From: Malacoraja senta
Lineage: Eukaryota
Direction of reading: 5' to 3'
Assembly (NCBI GenBank): GCA_038087875.1
Contig: JAXLNO010000080.1
Span: forward strand, 55,716 to 75,715
DNA length: 20,000 bases
The notes beneath the pieces were generated by a model that was not told the DNA's origin, searched no databases, and saw only the letters and a program-made list of their open reading frames with translations. The position numbers were made by a program, and so were the translations under genes. Below, piece after piece: positions 19,968-20,000 of this stretch. Within the stretch, counting starts at the first letter, position 1. Every line of letters starts with the position of its first letter.

Positions 19968-20000
19968 AATTTGGATATCGGCCCAAAGCGTTGCCTATTT

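Noticed and set aside
19978..20000. TCGGCCCAAAGCGTTGCCTATTT, reminiscent of a Penelope-associated terminal repeat
   Set aside because: Only ~23 bp at the window edge; too short to support a call.

Overview
Eukaryotic non-genic (intergenic or intronic) DNA made almost entirely of nested, decayed transposable elements. The repeat mix (several CR1-clade LINE families with microsatellite tails, Rex1/Babar, L1-clade, DIRS1, Tc1) suggests a cartilaginous fish, probably a skate or ray; this is inference. No intact host gene, RNA gene or CRISPR array is supported. The main structure is a near-full-length minus-strand CR1 LINE (1531-9923: SGNH-esterase ORF1, APE-RT ORF2) interrupted by a ~4.7 kb minus-strand DIRS1-type tyrosine-recombinase retrotransposon (2760-7492: gag, RT/RNase H/MT-like, YR, ICR). 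The most unusual observation is that this DIRS is flanked by an apparently perfect 154-bp direct duplication of host sequence (2606-2759 = 7490-7643). One end is canonical; the other looks truncated and is joined through a CCC overlap. DIRS elements normally make no long target duplication. Other points of interest: a deletion-plus-inversion CR1 pair (10352-12247), multi-layer LINE nesting (13130-14893), a GC-rich non-coding element with an L2-like 3' stem-loop tail (16475-17149), a Tc1 deletion derivative in a TA target (18411-18679), and a possible Helitron-type CTAG|TC junction ahead of a ~1.2 kb polypyrimidine tract. I found no evidence of a genuinely new multi-gene system. Family names come from motif recognition, not database searches.
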